This document shows, piece by piece, positions 1 through 10,484 of a DNA stretch of 64,000 bases. How positions within the stretch are numbered: the first letter of the stretch is position 1; every line of letters starts with the position of its first letter. The position numbers and the translations under genes are program-made. The notes beneath the pieces were generated by a model. It searched no databases. It was not told the origin of the DNA and saw only the letters and a program-made list of their open reading frames with translations. Source of the DNA: Acidobacteriota bacterium (lineage in GTDB: Bacteria > Acidobacteriota > Vicinamibacteria > Vicinamibacterales > 2-12-FULL-66-21); NCBI GenBank assembly GCA_031361295.1, contig JANMCN010000156.1, forward strand, positions 6,801-70,800, in the 5' to 3' direction.

Positions 1-1329
1 GCGTTGCTTGGCGCGGCGGCTGGCGTGTGCGTGGGGCTGGGCACGCGCGTCTTCCTGTGGGCCCTCAGCCGCTCCGCTGAGTGGGCGCGTGCGCTCACGC
101 CGGGTCGGGTTCCCGTGTTCGTGTTTCTGCCGATCGCGCTGCCGATCTGCGTCTGGCTCATTCGCACGTTCTCCGCCGACGCCCGCGGCCACGGCACGGA
201 GGCCGTCATCGCCGCCGTCCATCAGCGATCCGGGCGCGTCGATTGGCTCGTGGCGCCCATCAAGCTCAGTGCGACGGTGGTAACGCTGGCCTTTGGTGGG
301 TCCGTCGGCAAGGAGGGTCCTGCGGCTCAGATTGGCGCCGCCCTCACGAGCCTGTTCGCGGACATCCTCCGCTTGCGTGACGAGGACCGACGTCGGCTGG
401 TGATTTGCGGCATCAGCGCTGGCTTCGCGGCAGTCTTCGGTACTCCGGTCTCGGGCGCGCTCTTCGGCATTGAGGTGCTCTACCTCGGACGGATCGACTA
501 CAGCGTGATTTTTCCCGCCCTGGTGGCCGGCATCGTCGCGCATCTCGTCTGCGGTGTCCAACCGCCGTTTCCGGCACTTCAAGAGGCCTTCGCTGACACC
601 CACCAGACCAAGACGATCCTGATCATGTTGGGGTGCGGCGCGTTGTTCGGGCTGATCGCGTTACTGTTGATCGAGTCGCTGCGCTTCTTGGAACGCACCC
701 TGCGTCGCTTCGAACGCCGCCCGTACCTGCTGTCCGCAGCCGGCGGCGTGGCGCTGGTGCTGCTGTACTTCGCCGCCGGCGACACCTACGCCGGTCTCGG
801 CACGGACACCATCAACGCGGTGTTGGCGGGTACGACACGGGTCTTCGCCGGCGCTTTTCTGCTCAAGATCCTGGCGACGTCGATCACGCTTGAAACGGGG
901 GGCAGCGGCGGTATCGTCACGCCGATTTTCTTCGTCGGCGCCACGAGTGGTGCCGCACTGGCGCCGTTCTTCGGTGTGCAGACGACTTTCCTGGCGGCCG
1001 TGGGTCTGGTGGCGATGCTCGCCGCTGCCGCCAACACGCCGATCGCCGCAGCCGTCATGGCGATGGAACTGCTGCCCGGGCCCGAAGGCGTGTACGCCGC
1101 GCTAGCGGCGGCAACGGCCTTTCTAATGGTCGGCCACCGAAGCGTCTATGCCAGTCAAAAGCTTGGCCTCTCCAAATCGGCCGGCCTCGACGTGGAGTTG
1201 GGTGGGTCCGTCGGCGACGTTACCCGCGCATCCGTCCGAATCCGCAAGGGCAGTCTGACGGATCGTGTACACCAGTTCGGCCGTGCGCCGAGTTCCGACA
1301 AGAAAATGGAACCCGACGATTCCGCGTGA
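1..1329 (+). CDS. ClC-family chloride channel / H+-Cl- antiporter, 5' end cut by the window edge
   Basis: The frame is open from base 1. The translation carries ClC signature stretches [31 protein letters not shown] and [12 protein letters not shown], plus many hydrophobic helices. Confidence 0.85.
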   Translation, partial: ALLGAAAGVCVGLGTRVFLWALSRSAEWARALTPGRVPVFVFLPIALPICVWLIRTFSADARGHGTEAVIAAVHQRSGRVDWLVAPIKLSATVVTLAFGGSVGKEGPAAQIGAALTSLFADILRLRDEDRRRLVICGISAGFAAVFGTPVSGALFGIEVLYLGRIDYSVIFPALVAGIVAHLVCGVQPPFPALQEAFADTHQTKTILIMLGCGALFGLIALLLIESLRFLERTLRRFERRPYLLSAAGGVALVLLYFAAGDTYAGLGTDTINAVLAGTTRVFAGAFLLKILATSITLETGGSGGIVTPIFFVGATSGAALAPFFGVQTTFLAAVGLVAMLAAAANTPIAAAVMAMELLPGPEGVYAALAAATAFLMVGHRSVYASQKLGLSKSAGLDVELGGSVGDVTRASVRIRKGSLTDRVHQFGRAPSSDKKMEPDDSA

Positions 1330-1334
1330 TCTGG

Positions 1335-1363
1335 CGGCGTCGACGCTCCGACGCCGGGGTTTT
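1335..1363 (+). terminator. Putative intrinsic terminator of the ClC gene
   Basis: An 8-bp GC stem (CGGCGTCG / CGACGCCG, 1335-1342 / 1349-1356) with a 6-nt loop is followed by GGG TTTT. It starts 6 nt after the stop codon. Confidence 0.45.
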
Positions 1364-1564
1364 CTAACACCTGCTTGAGCAGGGCGAGGTCCTTGCGATT
1401 GGCGCGCCGCATAGCGTACGCCATGAAAGGTGCGACCCACGCGGAAAACCCGGTGGGCGTGCCGCGATTCCGCAGCGTATCCGGGTGCGTCCGGGGTCAA
1501 CGGGCCCCGTGAAGCCAGTCCTGAAGTGTGCGAGCGCTTCTTCGTGGTAAAAGCTGATCATCCG

Positions 1565-4378
1565 ATGCCGACCAGGCTGAACCCCCACACGCGTATTCCG
1601 CCGATGGCGCCACCGCGATACCGGAACCGTCGGACGCTGGCGGCGCTGGCCGTGGCGGTGCTGTGCACGGCGCCTCTCTCCCCCGCGCAGATTCCGAAGC
1701 CGACCGACGCGCCCCAGGCCCTGACGCCTGAGCAGAGCGCGGCGGCGTTCACGCTCCCGAAGGGCTTTCGCATGGAGGTCATCGCCAGCGAACCCCTGAT
1801 CTCGTCGCCGTCGGCGGTGGCCTGGGACGAGCGCGGGCGCATGTTCGTGAGCGAACTGCACGGCTACAACCTCGCCGGCCAGCTCGACATCGACGAACTC
1901 AACAAGACCGGCACGCTCGACACCCAGGTGCGTCGCGTGCAGGCGGACGAGAAGTTCAAGAAGGCGGCGGAGCGCGGCACCTTTGGCGTGGTGAAGATGC
2001 TGAGCGACACCGATGGCGACGGGCGCATGGATGCCGCCACCGTGTGGGCCTCAGACCTGCCGCCAGCCTATGGACTCGTGCCGGCACGCGGCGGCGTCAT
2101 CGTCGCGTGTGCGCCGCACATCATCTACCTCGCCGACCGCGACGGCGATGGGAAGGCCGAGGTGCGTGAGACGCTCTTCACCGGATTCCCTACTGGCGAA
2201 CTCGAGCGCGGCATCAACGCACCGCAATGGGGCGCGGACGGCTGGATCTACTTCGGCCGCGGCTGGGGCGGTGGAAGAATCACCGGACCACATCTGCCCG
2301 CGCCGGTGGACCTGCCGGGGTCCGACTTCCGCATTCGCGCCGACGGCAGCGCCATCGAGGCGGTGACGGGCTCCACGCACACGTTCGGGTTTGCCATGAC
2401 GGACGCCGGCGACCGCTTCACGGTGAACACGACGATCCCAGGCATCTACATCGCGCCGCTTCCGTGGCGCTATCTCGCGCGAAATCCTGACGCCGCCACG
2501 CCGACGCTGGAAGCCGCCACCGGCGATCGGCACGCCTACTCGATTGCCAGGCCGCACCCGTGGCGGCAGAAACGGGCGGATGACCCGGCCTATTTCGCCT
2601 ACTACCGGTCGCGGTACGGCCCGGCCGAGAGCGAGGCCGATGGCTGGTTCACGGCTGCCTGTGGCCCGCTCGTCTATCAGGATCACGTGCTCCCCGGACT
2701 GACCGGCCAGTATTTCGTCGCCGAACCGTCCGGTAATCTCATTCATCGGGCGCTCATCAGGCCAGAGGGTTCTGCGCTGACGCTTGTCCGCGCACCTGGC
2801 GAGGAGAGGTCCGAGTTTGCCGCCAGCCGCGACTCGTGGAGCCATCCGATGCACCTCACGCACGGCCCCGACGGCTCGATCTGGGTCGTCGACTACTACC
2901 GCGAGATCATCGAGGACTACTCGGCCATCCCCCGCCATCTGCAGCAGCAGTACGGCCTCTACGCCGGCCACGATCGGGGCCGTGTCTATCGCCTCACTCA
3001 CGAAGATGCCCCGCGGCCGCCGTCGGCCGACATGAGCCGGCTCGACGCGAAGGCGCTTGCGCACGAATGTGCCAGCCCGCTGCTCTGGCGGCGGCAGACC
3101 GCGCAGCGGCTCATCGTCGAACGCGGAGACACATCCGGCACTCCGGTGCTTCGTGAGGTGCTGGCGGCTCCCCACGCCGCAGCGTCAACCGTCATCACCG
3201 CGCTGCGCACGCTCGATCAGCTCGGCGCACTCACGCCGTCAGACGTTCTGCCATTCATCCGACACGCCAATGCTGCGGTGCGCATCCATGCCCTGCAGCT
3301 CGGCGACCGGTGGTTCGCCAAGCCGGAAGGCCGCGCACTCCTGGACGCGACGTTGGAGGCTGCCACGGTCGAGCCCGATCCCAGGGTCCAGATACAGCTC
3401 GCGTTGAGCCTCGGCGAAGCCCGCGAACCGCGCGCCTTCACGATGTTGGCGCGCTTCGCCCGCGCGAACCTCTCCGTCCGTTGGATGGATGCGGCCCTCC
3501 TGTCGTCGCTTCACGGGCAGGACGTGGACATGCTGGCCGCGCTCGTCTTCGATCCAGGCGGCGCCGCACCGCTGCTTGCGCCGCTGGCCCAGTCCATCGC
3601 CGCGCGGCGCGACGAGCCCGAGCTTGCCCGCGTGCTCGTCCTGGTCGCCTCGGCACAACCCGGAGCCCAGGCCGCTGTTCTTGCGGGACTCGTGCAGGGG
3701 CGGAAGAACGCCGCGCGGATGCCGCTCGGCGACACATCCGCGCGCGCCGCGCTCGCGGCCCTGGCTGCAAATCCCAATGCGAACGTTGGTGAGGCCGCGC
3801 GCGCGCTGGAAGCCACATTCGCCCCCGCCGTCGCCGACACCGTCGCCGACAGGGGCGCCGCCGGGTCCGCCGGCCCGCTGCCGCCTGCCGACACGATCAG
3901 CGACGCGACCTTCCGCATGTTCGTCGCGGCCCTCTCGGGCAGGCGCGACCTCGAGCGCGGCCATCAACTGTTCGGTCAGATGTGCGCGAACTGTCACCGC
4001 ATCGGCACCGAGGGCCACGACGTCGGCCCGGATCTGCTCGGTCAACTCGGCATGGCGGAGGAGTCGCTCCTGAGAGACATCCTGACGCCGAGCGAGCGCA
4101 TCCGGCCCGGCTACGAGACCACGCTCGTCCAGATGGCCGACGGCGGCGCCGCCACGGGCATCCTGAAAGACGACGGCGCGACGAGCCTGACCTTGATGGC
4201 ACCCGGCGGCGTCGAGCAGGTGTTGCTGCGGAAGGACGTGGCATCCGTGCGCCGCCTCCCGACGTCGCTGATGCCGTCGTTTGCCGGCGCACTGTCGCCA
4301 GCCGACGTCGCCAACGTGCTCGGATGGCTGCGCAGCAACCTTGGAGATCCGCCACGCAGTTTCCGCCCCGTGCGGTAG
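1565..4378 (+). CDS. PVC-type haem-binding CxxCH protein (membrane-bound-dehydrogenase-like domain + HEAT-like repeats + C-terminal c-type cytochrome)
   Basis: This is the 982-aa ORF 1430..4378. The internal ATG at 1565 precedes a signal-like RRTLAALAVAVLCTAPLSPA. The C-terminus has the haem-binding motif CANCH (GHQLFGQMCANCHRIG). The middle region is Ala/Leu-rich and HEAT-like. The start could also be 1604. Confidence 0.8.
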   Translation: MPTRLNPHTRIPPMAPPRYRNRRTLAALAVAVLCTAPLSPAQIPKPTDAPQALTPEQSAAAFTLPKGFRMEVIASEPLISSPSAVAWDERGRMFVSELHGYNLAGQLDIDELNKTGTLDTQVRRVQADEKFKKAAERGTFGVVKMLSDTDGDGRMDAATVWASDLPPAYGLVPARGGVIVACAPHIIYLADRDGDGKAEVRETLFTGFPTGELERGINAPQWGADGWIYFGRGWGGGRITGPHLPAPVDLPGSDFRIRADGSAIEAVTGSTHTFGFAMTDAGDRFTVNTTIPGIYIAPLPWRYLARNPDAATPTLEAATGDRHAYSIARPHPWRQKRADDPAYFAYYRSRYGPAESEADGWFTAACGPLVYQDHVLPGLTGQYFVAEPSGNLIHRALIRPEGSALTLVRAPGEERSEFAASRDSWSHPMHLTHGPDGSIWVVDYYREIIEDYSAIPRHLQQQYGLYAGHDRGRVYRLTHEDAPRPPSADMSRLDAKALAHECASPLLWRRQTAQRLIVERGDTSGTPVLREVLAAPHAAASTVITALRTLDQLGALTPSDVLPFIRHANAAVRIHALQLGDRWFAKPEGRALLDATLEAATVEPDPRVQIQLALSLGEAREPRAFTMLARFARANLSVRWMDAALLSSLHGQDVDMLAALVFDPGGAAPLLAPLAQSIAARRDEPELARVLVLVASAQPGAQAAVLAGLVQGRKNAARMPLGDTSARAALAALAANPNANVGEAARALEATFAPAVADTVADRGAAGSAGPLPPADTISDATFRMFVAALSGRRDLERGHQLFGQMCANCHRIGTEGHDVGPDLLGQLGMAEESLLRDILTPSERIRPGYETTLVQMADGGAATGILKDDGATSLTLMAPGGVEQVLLRKDVASVRRLPTSLMPSFAGALSPADVANVLGWLRSNLGDPPRSFRPVR

Positions 4379-4591
4379 CTCCCGCTCGGTCCGAAGGGGA
4401 ACCTCCAAGCGCGCAACCTATTCGATGTGATCGCCGACCTTAGCGGACCGAAGGCCTTCACTTCGAACTCTCGCTCGAGGGGCGCGAGGGTGCGCGATGA
4501 GAAAGCAGGCGACCGCGGTACCTGCCGACCGCGGCTGAATCAGCTCGTTCACCAGTCACCAGCGTGTCAGGCACGGGTCGAGGAAAAACTT

Positions 4592-5266
4592 GTGGCGATC
4601 AATGTGGCACAGGATCTGACGACGGTCGCCGAACGCCTGCCGCAGACCCCTGAACGGACCGCTTTGATTCAGCAGGCGTTCCGCCTGGAATGGCTGACGG
4701 TCGCCTGGATGGCAATCGAGGCGCTGGTCGCAATCGGGTCAGGCGCGATCGCGGGTAGTCTGATGCTGACGGCGTTCGGGCTCGACAGCGTGATCGAATT
4801 GTTCTCGGCGGGCGTCCTCATCTGGCGCCTGAGGGACGAACTCCGGCATGGTGAGGAGTTCTCCCGGCGCGCCGAGCGCATCGCGAGCCGGACCGGCGGC
4901 GCTCTGCTCTTCGTGCTCGCCGTCTACATCGTCGTCGGCGCCACCTGGAGCCTCTGGGCACACCATGGCGGGGAGTTCTCCGTCCCCGGCCTCGTCGTCG
5001 CCATCGTAGCCATGCCGATCATGTACGTGCTCGCGCGCCGAAAGCTGGACGTGGCCCGCCAGCTCGGCAGCCGAGCGATGCGTGCCGATGCGATTGAAAG
5101 CATCACGTGCGGCTGGCTCTCTCTCGTCGTCGTCGTGGGCCTTGTCGCGCACCTGCTGCTCGGGGCATGGTGGATCGACGCGGTGACCTCGCTCGGTATT
5201 GTCTGGTTCGTCCTCAAAGAAGCGCGTGAAGCGTGGCTCGGTGAGAATTGCTGCAGCCATGCGTGA
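4592..5266 (+). CDS. Cation-efflux (CDF-like) membrane protein
   Basis: Six predicted TM helices. The motif AFGLDSVIELFSAGVLIWRL and a second RADAIES helix are typical of the cation transporter TMD. A GTG at 4592 is preceded by GAGGA. The upstream part of ORF 4427.. looks non-coding. Confidence 0.6.
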   Translation: MAINVAQDLTTVAERLPQTPERTALIQQAFRLEWLTVAWMAIEALVAIGSGAIAGSLMLTAFGLDSVIELFSAGVLIWRLRDELRHGEEFSRRAERIASRTGGALLFVLAVYIVVGATWSLWAHHGGEFSVPGLVVAIVAMPIMYVLARRKLDVARQLGSRAMRADAIESITCGWLSLVVVVGLVAHLLLGAWWIDAVTSLGIVWFVLKEAREAWLGENCCSHA

Positions 5267-5419
5267 GAAATCACGGCCGGCGCCATGAGCCTCCGCTTTG
5301 CGACAATTGCCGCCAGCCACCGCTGACCACGAATCCGACGGTTACACGCACAGCTGCGTTGGCTCCCGCGCGAAGTACGTCGGTGCTCGCGGTCCCGTTC
5401 TGGTATCGTGTCGGCACAC

Positions 5420-6271
5420 ATGCCCAACATCCTCGTGACCGGCTGCAGTTCTGGAATCGGCTTCGCGACGGCGCTCGAACTCGCCCGGGCCGGGCACGTG
5501 GTCTTTGCCACGATGCGCGATCCCGCCCGGGCGCCGCGCCTGGCGGGGATCGCTGCGCGTGAACACTTGCCGATCCGGGTCCTGATCCTGGACGTGAACT
5601 CTGACGAATCCGTGCACGACTGCTTCGCATCGATCGCGGAGCCCATCGACGGGCTCGTCAACAACGCCGGGATCGAAGTGCACGGGTCCGTGGAGGAAAT
5701 GCCGATCGCGTCGGTGATTGGCGTCATGAACACCAACTACTTCGGCGCCGTGCGCTGCATCCAGGCGGTGCTGCCGCAGATGCGCACGCGACGGTCGGGC
5801 TGCATCGTCAACATCTCCTCCGTGGCCGGGCGGCTGTCCATGGCTCCGCTGGGCGCGTACGCCGCGTCGAAGTTTGCACTGGAGGCGATCAGCGAGGCGC
5901 TCGCCGCCGAAGTGAAGCCCTTCAATGTCCGGGTGGCGCTCGTCGAACCCGGGATTCAGGACACCCGTATGGCGCGGGACATCGCCGAGGGTCCGAAATC
6001 GATCTACCCGCAGGCGGCGCGAGTGGCCGGCCTCTTCAGCGCCGCGCTCGCCAACCCGATACCTCCCGAGACCACCGCGGGCATCGTCCGGCAGATCATC
6101 GAGAGCGGCACCTGGCAATTGCGCCATCTGAGTGGGCCCGATGCGGCGCCCTTCGTCGCCTGGAGGGCATCGCTCACCGACGACGAGTGGGTGGAATGGA
6201 ACTCGAAGGAGGACGATGCCTGGTACGAGGCGGTGAAGCGGGATTTCGGACTGGACGCGCGCAGGACCTGA
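5420..6271 (+). CDS. Short-chain dehydrogenase/reductase (SDR) family oxidoreductase
   Basis: N-terminal ILVTGCSSGIGFATA (TGxxxGIG Rossmann motif), NNAG, and the catalytic YAASKFAL (YxxxK). Confidence 0.85.
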   Translation: MPNILVTGCSSGIGFATALELARAGHVVFATMRDPARAPRLAGIAAREHLPIRVLILDVNSDESVHDCFASIAEPIDGLVNNAGIEVHGSVEEMPIASVIGVMNTNYFGAVRCIQAVLPQMRTRRSGCIVNISSVAGRLSMAPLGAYAASKFALEAISEALAAEVKPFNVRVALVEPGIQDTRMARDIAEGPKSIYPQAARVAGLFSAALANPIPPETTAGIVRQIIESGTWQLRHLSGPDAAPFVAWRASLTDDEWVEWNSKEDDAWYEAVKRDFGLDARRT

Positions 6272-6273
6272 AT

Positions 6274-6292
6274 CGCGAGACGCGCACTCGCG
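6274..6292. terminator. Small hairpin between the convergent SDR and DUF1801 genes
   Basis: CGCGAG (6274-6279) / CTCGCG (6287-6292) with a 7-nt loop fills the 21-nt gap between the two stop codons. There is no U-tract. Confidence 0.3.
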
Positions 6293-6784
6293 TCAGCCCA
6301 CCGCTTTCTTCACGAGCGCGCCGATCCGTGCCTCTTCGTCGGAGTTCAACGCCTTCAGCGCGAAAGAGGTCGGCCACATGGCGCCGTGATCGAGGTTCGC
6401 CTTGTCGCTGAAGCCGAGCGTCGAGTACCTGGTTTTGAACTTCTGCGCGCCCTGGAAGAAGCAGACGACATTGCCGTCCCTGGCATAGGCGGGCATCCCG
6501 TACCAGGTTTTCGGCGAGAGGGCCGGCGCGCTGGCCCTGATGATGGCATGGAGCCGTTCGGCCATGGCGCGATCCGGTTCCGGCATGCCGGCGATCTTCG
6601 CGAGGACATCGTTTTCCCCGTCCGCCGTGTTCGCACCCGGACCTCGGCGCCCGGCGGCCTTCAGCTCCTGGACGCGCTCCTTCATCGCGGCGCGTTCCTG
6701 GTCCGTGAATCCCCTGGACGCCTTGCCAGTTGCTTTCTTGCCGGGCGGCACCGCGCCCTTCTTTGCAGATTTCTTCTCAGCCAT
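6293..6784 (-). CDS. DUF1801 (YdhG-like) domain protein
   Basis: The real start is MAEKK at 6784, with GGAGGGG 8 nt upstream. A Lys-rich N-terminus is followed by [32 protein letters not shown], typical of DUF1801. The longer 278-aa ORF N-terminus is R/P/S-rich junk. Confidence 0.75.
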   Translation of the reverse strand: MAEKKSAKKGAVPPGKKATGKASRGFTDQERAAMKERVQELKAAGRRGPGANTADGENDVLAKIAGMPEPDRAMAERLHAIIRASAPALSPKTWYGMPAYARDGNVVCFFQGAQKFKTRYSTLGFSDKANLDHGAMWPTSFALKALNSDEEARIGALVKKAVG

Positions 6785-7062
6785 CGCGAAGCCCCTCCGT
6801 ACGCCAACGCTCCCGGCGCTTGACGTCCGGACATGATAACGGACGAATGGTGCAGTCCACCGCGCGTTGACAGCTCCGACGCCAGGCGAAACGCCCTGGC
6901 GTTGCGTCGTGCCTTCCTGCTCGACCAATTGCGGTGCCACGGTAGTCACCCCGGCAGCGCGGCGGCGCCAGGAGCAGCCGCATCGCCGACCGGGGCTCGG
7001 GCTGGACGGCCGGACAGGATCGCGACTTCTCCTGCAAGGCGAAGGCAGCGACGATCGCGCAC

Positions 7063-7087
7063 GGTCGTCGGCCATGGACCGACGACC
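7063..7087 (-). terminator. Putative terminator hairpin downstream of the VOC gene
   Basis: GGTCGTCGG (7063-7071) / CCGACGACC (7079-7087) forms a 9-bp stem with a 7-nt loop, 22 nt after the stop at 7110. There is no U-tract. Confidence 0.35.
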
Positions 7088-7109
7088 GCTGTCCGCAATG
7101 AGGTGCGCG

Positions 7110-7616
7110 TCAGGCGTGCCCGCCGGCATGCTGCGACGCGAACTGCTTCATGAACGCATCCATCCGCTGGTTGGATTCGCCCTCGGTCAGATCTTCCTTC
7201 CGGGTCGCGATCGTCCAGTTGTAGCCGAACGGATCGTTGACCGTACCCGTCCGATCCCCCCAGAACTGATCCGCCATCGGCCCCATCGGCGGCGGGAGCA
7301 CCTGGGCCCCGCCCGCGACGGCGCGCTGGTACATCGCATCGCAGTCGTCCACGTAGATCCACAGCCCGATCGGCGATCCGCCAATCGTCTTCGCGCTGCG
7401 GCCGCCGCCCATCGCGTCGTTGAGCATGAGGATCGAGTTGCCGATGCGGATTTCGGCGTGCATGATTTTGCCGTCGGGCCCCAGCGCGCGCGGGGCCACT
7501 TCCTCCGCGCCGAACGCCTTTTTGTACCACTCGATCGCCTCGGCCGCGTTGTCGAGGATCAGGTGCGGTGTGACCGTGTGGAACCCTGCGGGAACTGAAC
7601 TCTTTGCCTTTGCCAT
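7110..7616 (-). CDS. VOC (glyoxalase/bleomycin-resistance, PhnB-like) family protein
   Basis: Start MAKAK at 7616 with GGAGG 6 nt upstream. The sequence [27 protein letters not shown] ... [20 protein letters not shown] is the PhnB-like pattern. Confidence 0.8.
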   Translation of the reverse strand: MAKAKSSVPAGFHTVTPHLILDNAAEAIEWYKKAFGAEEVAPRALGPDGKIMHAEIRIGNSILMLNDAMGGGRSAKTIGGSPIGLWIYVDDCDAMYQRAVAGGAQVLPPPMGPMADQFWGDRTGTVNDPFGYNWTIATRKEDLTEGESNQRMDAFMKQFASQHAGGHA

Positions 7617-7809
7617 ATTTTGACCTCCACTATCCAATCGAACGGCGGTCCCGGATTTCGACATGCCGATTCTACAGAAATGCCCGGTGCCCTGGAGCTC
7701 GCCGCGGCGTGGAGTCGGCCGCATGCATGCTAGACTGCGGTGTTTTCCGGGGCCCTTCACGGGACACGCTCCGTCTCCAGCCGCCATGCCGCTACGACCT
7801 CAACACGAC

Positions 7810-10470
7810 ATGCACATCATCACGCGACGACTGGCCTTTGTGGCCCTCCTCATGGCCGCCGGAGCCCTGCGTCCAGCCGGCGTCCAGACGCAACAGCCCG
7901 CGCAGGACGAAGGGGCGGCGGGCGCCTGGCAGAAATTGCTGAAGGTACAGACGACCGCGAGCGTCATGCACACCACCGCGCATCCCGACGACGAGCACGG
8001 GGGGGTGCTCGCGATGCTGAGCCGCGGCCAGGGCGCGCGGGTGGCGCTGCTCACGCTGACCCGCGGCGAGTCGGGAGACAACGCGGTCGGCGCCGAACTC
8101 TTCGACGCGGTGGGCCTGCTCAGGACCGACGAGCTGCTGGTGGCCGATCGGTACTACGGCGTCGATCGTCAGTACTTCACGACGGTCATCGATTATGGCT
8201 TCTCCAAGCGGCTCGACGAGACGCTCGACAAGTGGGGACGCGACAACGTCCTCCGCGACGTCGTCCGCATCATCCGGACCGACCGTCCGTTCGTCGTGAT
8301 CTCCCGGTTCCAGGGCAATGAGCGCGATGGCCACGGGAATCACCAGGCGGCGGGGCTCATGACCCGGGAGGCCTTCAAGGCGGCCGGTGATCCCAAGCAG
8401 TTCCCTGAGCAGATGGCCGAGGGTCTGCGGCCCTGGCAGCCGCTGAAGCTTTACATGGGCGGCGTGCGCGCGAACGAGGACTGGACACTGCGTGTGGACA
8501 GTGGCGTGTATGACCCGGTCCTTGGCGACTCGTACCAGGCCGTTGCCCGCAGGGGCCTCAGCTTCCAGCGTTCGCAGAACGGCGGCCAGGTGCCGGCGCA
8601 ACCCGGACCATCCGTGTCGTACTACAAGCGGCTGGACTCGCTGGTCGATGCGCCGGCGAAAGAGGGGAGCTTTTTCGACGGCATCGACGTCACCATCCCG
8701 GGGATCTACAAGGCGCTCCGCAAGTCGCCCCCGGCGGATGCGGACCAGGCGCTCCAGGCGATCGCGGGGGAGGTGACTGCGGCGGTCCAGAGCTTCACGA
8801 TGATCGATCCGTCGGCCTCCACGCCCGCGCTCGCGCGGGCGCTCGCGGCCACGCGCGACGCGCGGCGGCAGCTTGGCACCGATCCTGACGTGGCGTTTCT
8901 ACTGGCGGCCAAGGAAGAGCAGCTTCAGGCCGCGATCAGCGCGACGCTGGGTGTCGCGTTCACCGCGCTGGCGCAGCCCGCGTCCTCCCCGGCCCCGTCC
9001 GGCGAGGCCGCCGGATTTGCGCCGCCCCCGACGATGTCGCCCGTGGTGGCGGGGCAGTCTTTTGCAGTCCGGACCATCTTCACCAATCGCAGTCGTGTGG
9101 ACGTCCAGAACGTGCGCGTCACGCTCGAAGGGCAGGGCGACTGGTCGCCCCGCGCAGGGGAGCCCGGCGCGGCGCCCCGCAGCGCAGGCCGGAACGCGCC
9201 GCTGTCCACGACGTTCACCGTCACCGTGCCGAGGAACGCGGCGCTGACGCGCCCGCATTTTACCCGCACGTCCATTCAGGAGCCGCGCTACACCGTCGCC
9301 GAGCCATCGCGCATGGACCGCCCGGCCTCGGCGCCGGCGCTGACAGCGGTCGCGAGTTACGAGGTGAACGGCGTGGCGGTGGCCTTACGTCAACCTGTCA
9401 CGCGACTGGAGTCGAGCGCGCCATATGGCTATGACGCGCGCGTGCTGGCCGTGCTGCCCGCCATCGCCATCACCGTCAGCCCCGGACAGGCCGTGGTGCC
9501 GCTCGGAATGGGGGAGAAGAAGGTTCGCCTCCGGACCGAAGTGCTGAACAATGTGGACGGCAGGTCGGAGGGGAGCGTGACGCTGAACCTGCCGCCGGGC
9601 TGGCGGGTCGAGCCTCGGTCCGCATCCTTCCAGTTCGCCCATGCGGGAGAGCGTGCGTTCTATCCCTTCACCGTCACGATTCCGGCGCTCGAGAATCGCG
9701 AGTACCGCATCGAGGCGGGCGCGTCCTCACGCACAGGGACGTTCCGGGAAGGGTACGACGTCATCCAGCATCGCGACCTCGAGACGCGCTACCTCTATCG
9801 CGAGGCGGTTGCGACCGTACGCGGCATCGACGTGACGTCTCCGCCCGGCCTCAAGGTCGGCTACGTCATGGGAGTCGGCGACGAGGTGCCAGCTGGCCTG
9901 GCGCAACTCGGCGCCGACGTGACGCTGCTCGACGCGCAGGAGCTGGCGAGCGGCGACTTGAGTCGCTTCAACGCCATCATGACCGGCACGCGCGCCTACG
10001 CAGTACGCGACGATCTGAAGACTTACAACCGCCGGCTGCTGGAGTACGTCAAGAATGGCGGCAACCTGATCGTGCTCTACAACACGCAGGAGCTCGTGCC
10101 GAACGAGTACGCCCCGTTTCCGGGGGAACTGCCGCGAACCGCGGAAGAGGTCTCCGAAGAAGATTCCCCCCTCGAGATCCTCGCTCCCTCGGATCCCGTT
10201 TTCAACACGCCGAACAAGATCACCAGCGCGGACTTCGAGCACTGGGTCGAGCAGCGCGGGTCGAAATTCTGGTCCAGCTGGGACGCCGCCTACACCCCCA
10301 TGATCGCCAGCCACGATCGGGGGCAGGCGCCGCAGAAGGGGGGCTGGCTCCACGCGAAGTACGGAGCGGGCCACTACACCTATTTCGCGTATGCGTTCCA
10401 TCGTCAGTTGCCGTACGGCGTCCCCGGCGCGTACCGGCTGCTGGCCAACCTGCTGTCGCTCAATCGCTGA
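7810..10470 (+). CDS. PIG-L/LmbE-family deacetylase with a large C-terminal extension (GATase1/ThuA-like end)
   Basis: ATG at 7810 gives the signal-like MHIITRRLAFVALLMAAGAL. The LmbE motif is AHPDDEHGGVLA. The C-terminal FNAIMTGTRAYAVRDDL...GGNLIVLYN resembles a class-I glutamine-amidotransferase-like fold. Confidence 0.75.
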   Translation: MHIITRRLAFVALLMAAGALRPAGVQTQQPAQDEGAAGAWQKLLKVQTTASVMHTTAHPDDEHGGVLAMLSRGQGARVALLTLTRGESGDNAVGAELFDAVGLLRTDELLVADRYYGVDRQYFTTVIDYGFSKRLDETLDKWGRDNVLRDVVRIIRTDRPFVVISRFQGNERDGHGNHQAAGLMTREAFKAAGDPKQFPEQMAEGLRPWQPLKLYMGGVRANEDWTLRVDSGVYDPVLGDSYQAVARRGLSFQRSQNGGQVPAQPGPSVSYYKRLDSLVDAPAKEGSFFDGIDVTIPGIYKALRKSPPADADQALQAIAGEVTAAVQSFTMIDPSASTPALARALAATRDARRQLGTDPDVAFLLAAKEEQLQAAISATLGVAFTALAQPASSPAPSGEAAGFAPPPTMSPVVAGQSFAVRTIFTNRSRVDVQNVRVTLEGQGDWSPRAGEPGAAPRSAGRNAPLSTTFTVTVPRNAALTRPHFTRTSIQEPRYTVAEPSRMDRPASAPALTAVASYEVNGVAVALRQPVTRLESSAPYGYDARVLAVLPAIAITVSPGQAVVPLGMGEKKVRLRTEVLNNVDGRSEGSVTLNLPPGWRVEPRSASFQFAHAGERAFYPFTVTIPALENREYRIEAGASSRTGTFREGYDVIQHRDLETRYLYREAVATVRGIDVTSPPGLKVGYVMGVGDEVPAGLAQLGADVTLLDAQELASGDLSRFNAIMTGTRAYAVRDDLKTYNRRLLEYVKNGGNLIVLYNTQELVPNEYAPFPGELPRTAEEVSEEDSPLEILAPSDPVFNTPNKITSADFEHWVEQRGSKFWSSWDAAYTPMIASHDRGQAPQKGGWLHAKYGAGHYTYFAYAFHRQLPYGVPGAYRLLANLLSLNR

Positions 10471-10484
10471 CATTATTCCGGCCA

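Noticed and set aside
4510-4534. Direct repeat CGACCGCGG x2 (period 16) upstream of the cation transporter gene
   Set aside because: It is short and built on the self-complementary CCGCGG. It could form a weak hairpin but has no U-tract or positional logic.
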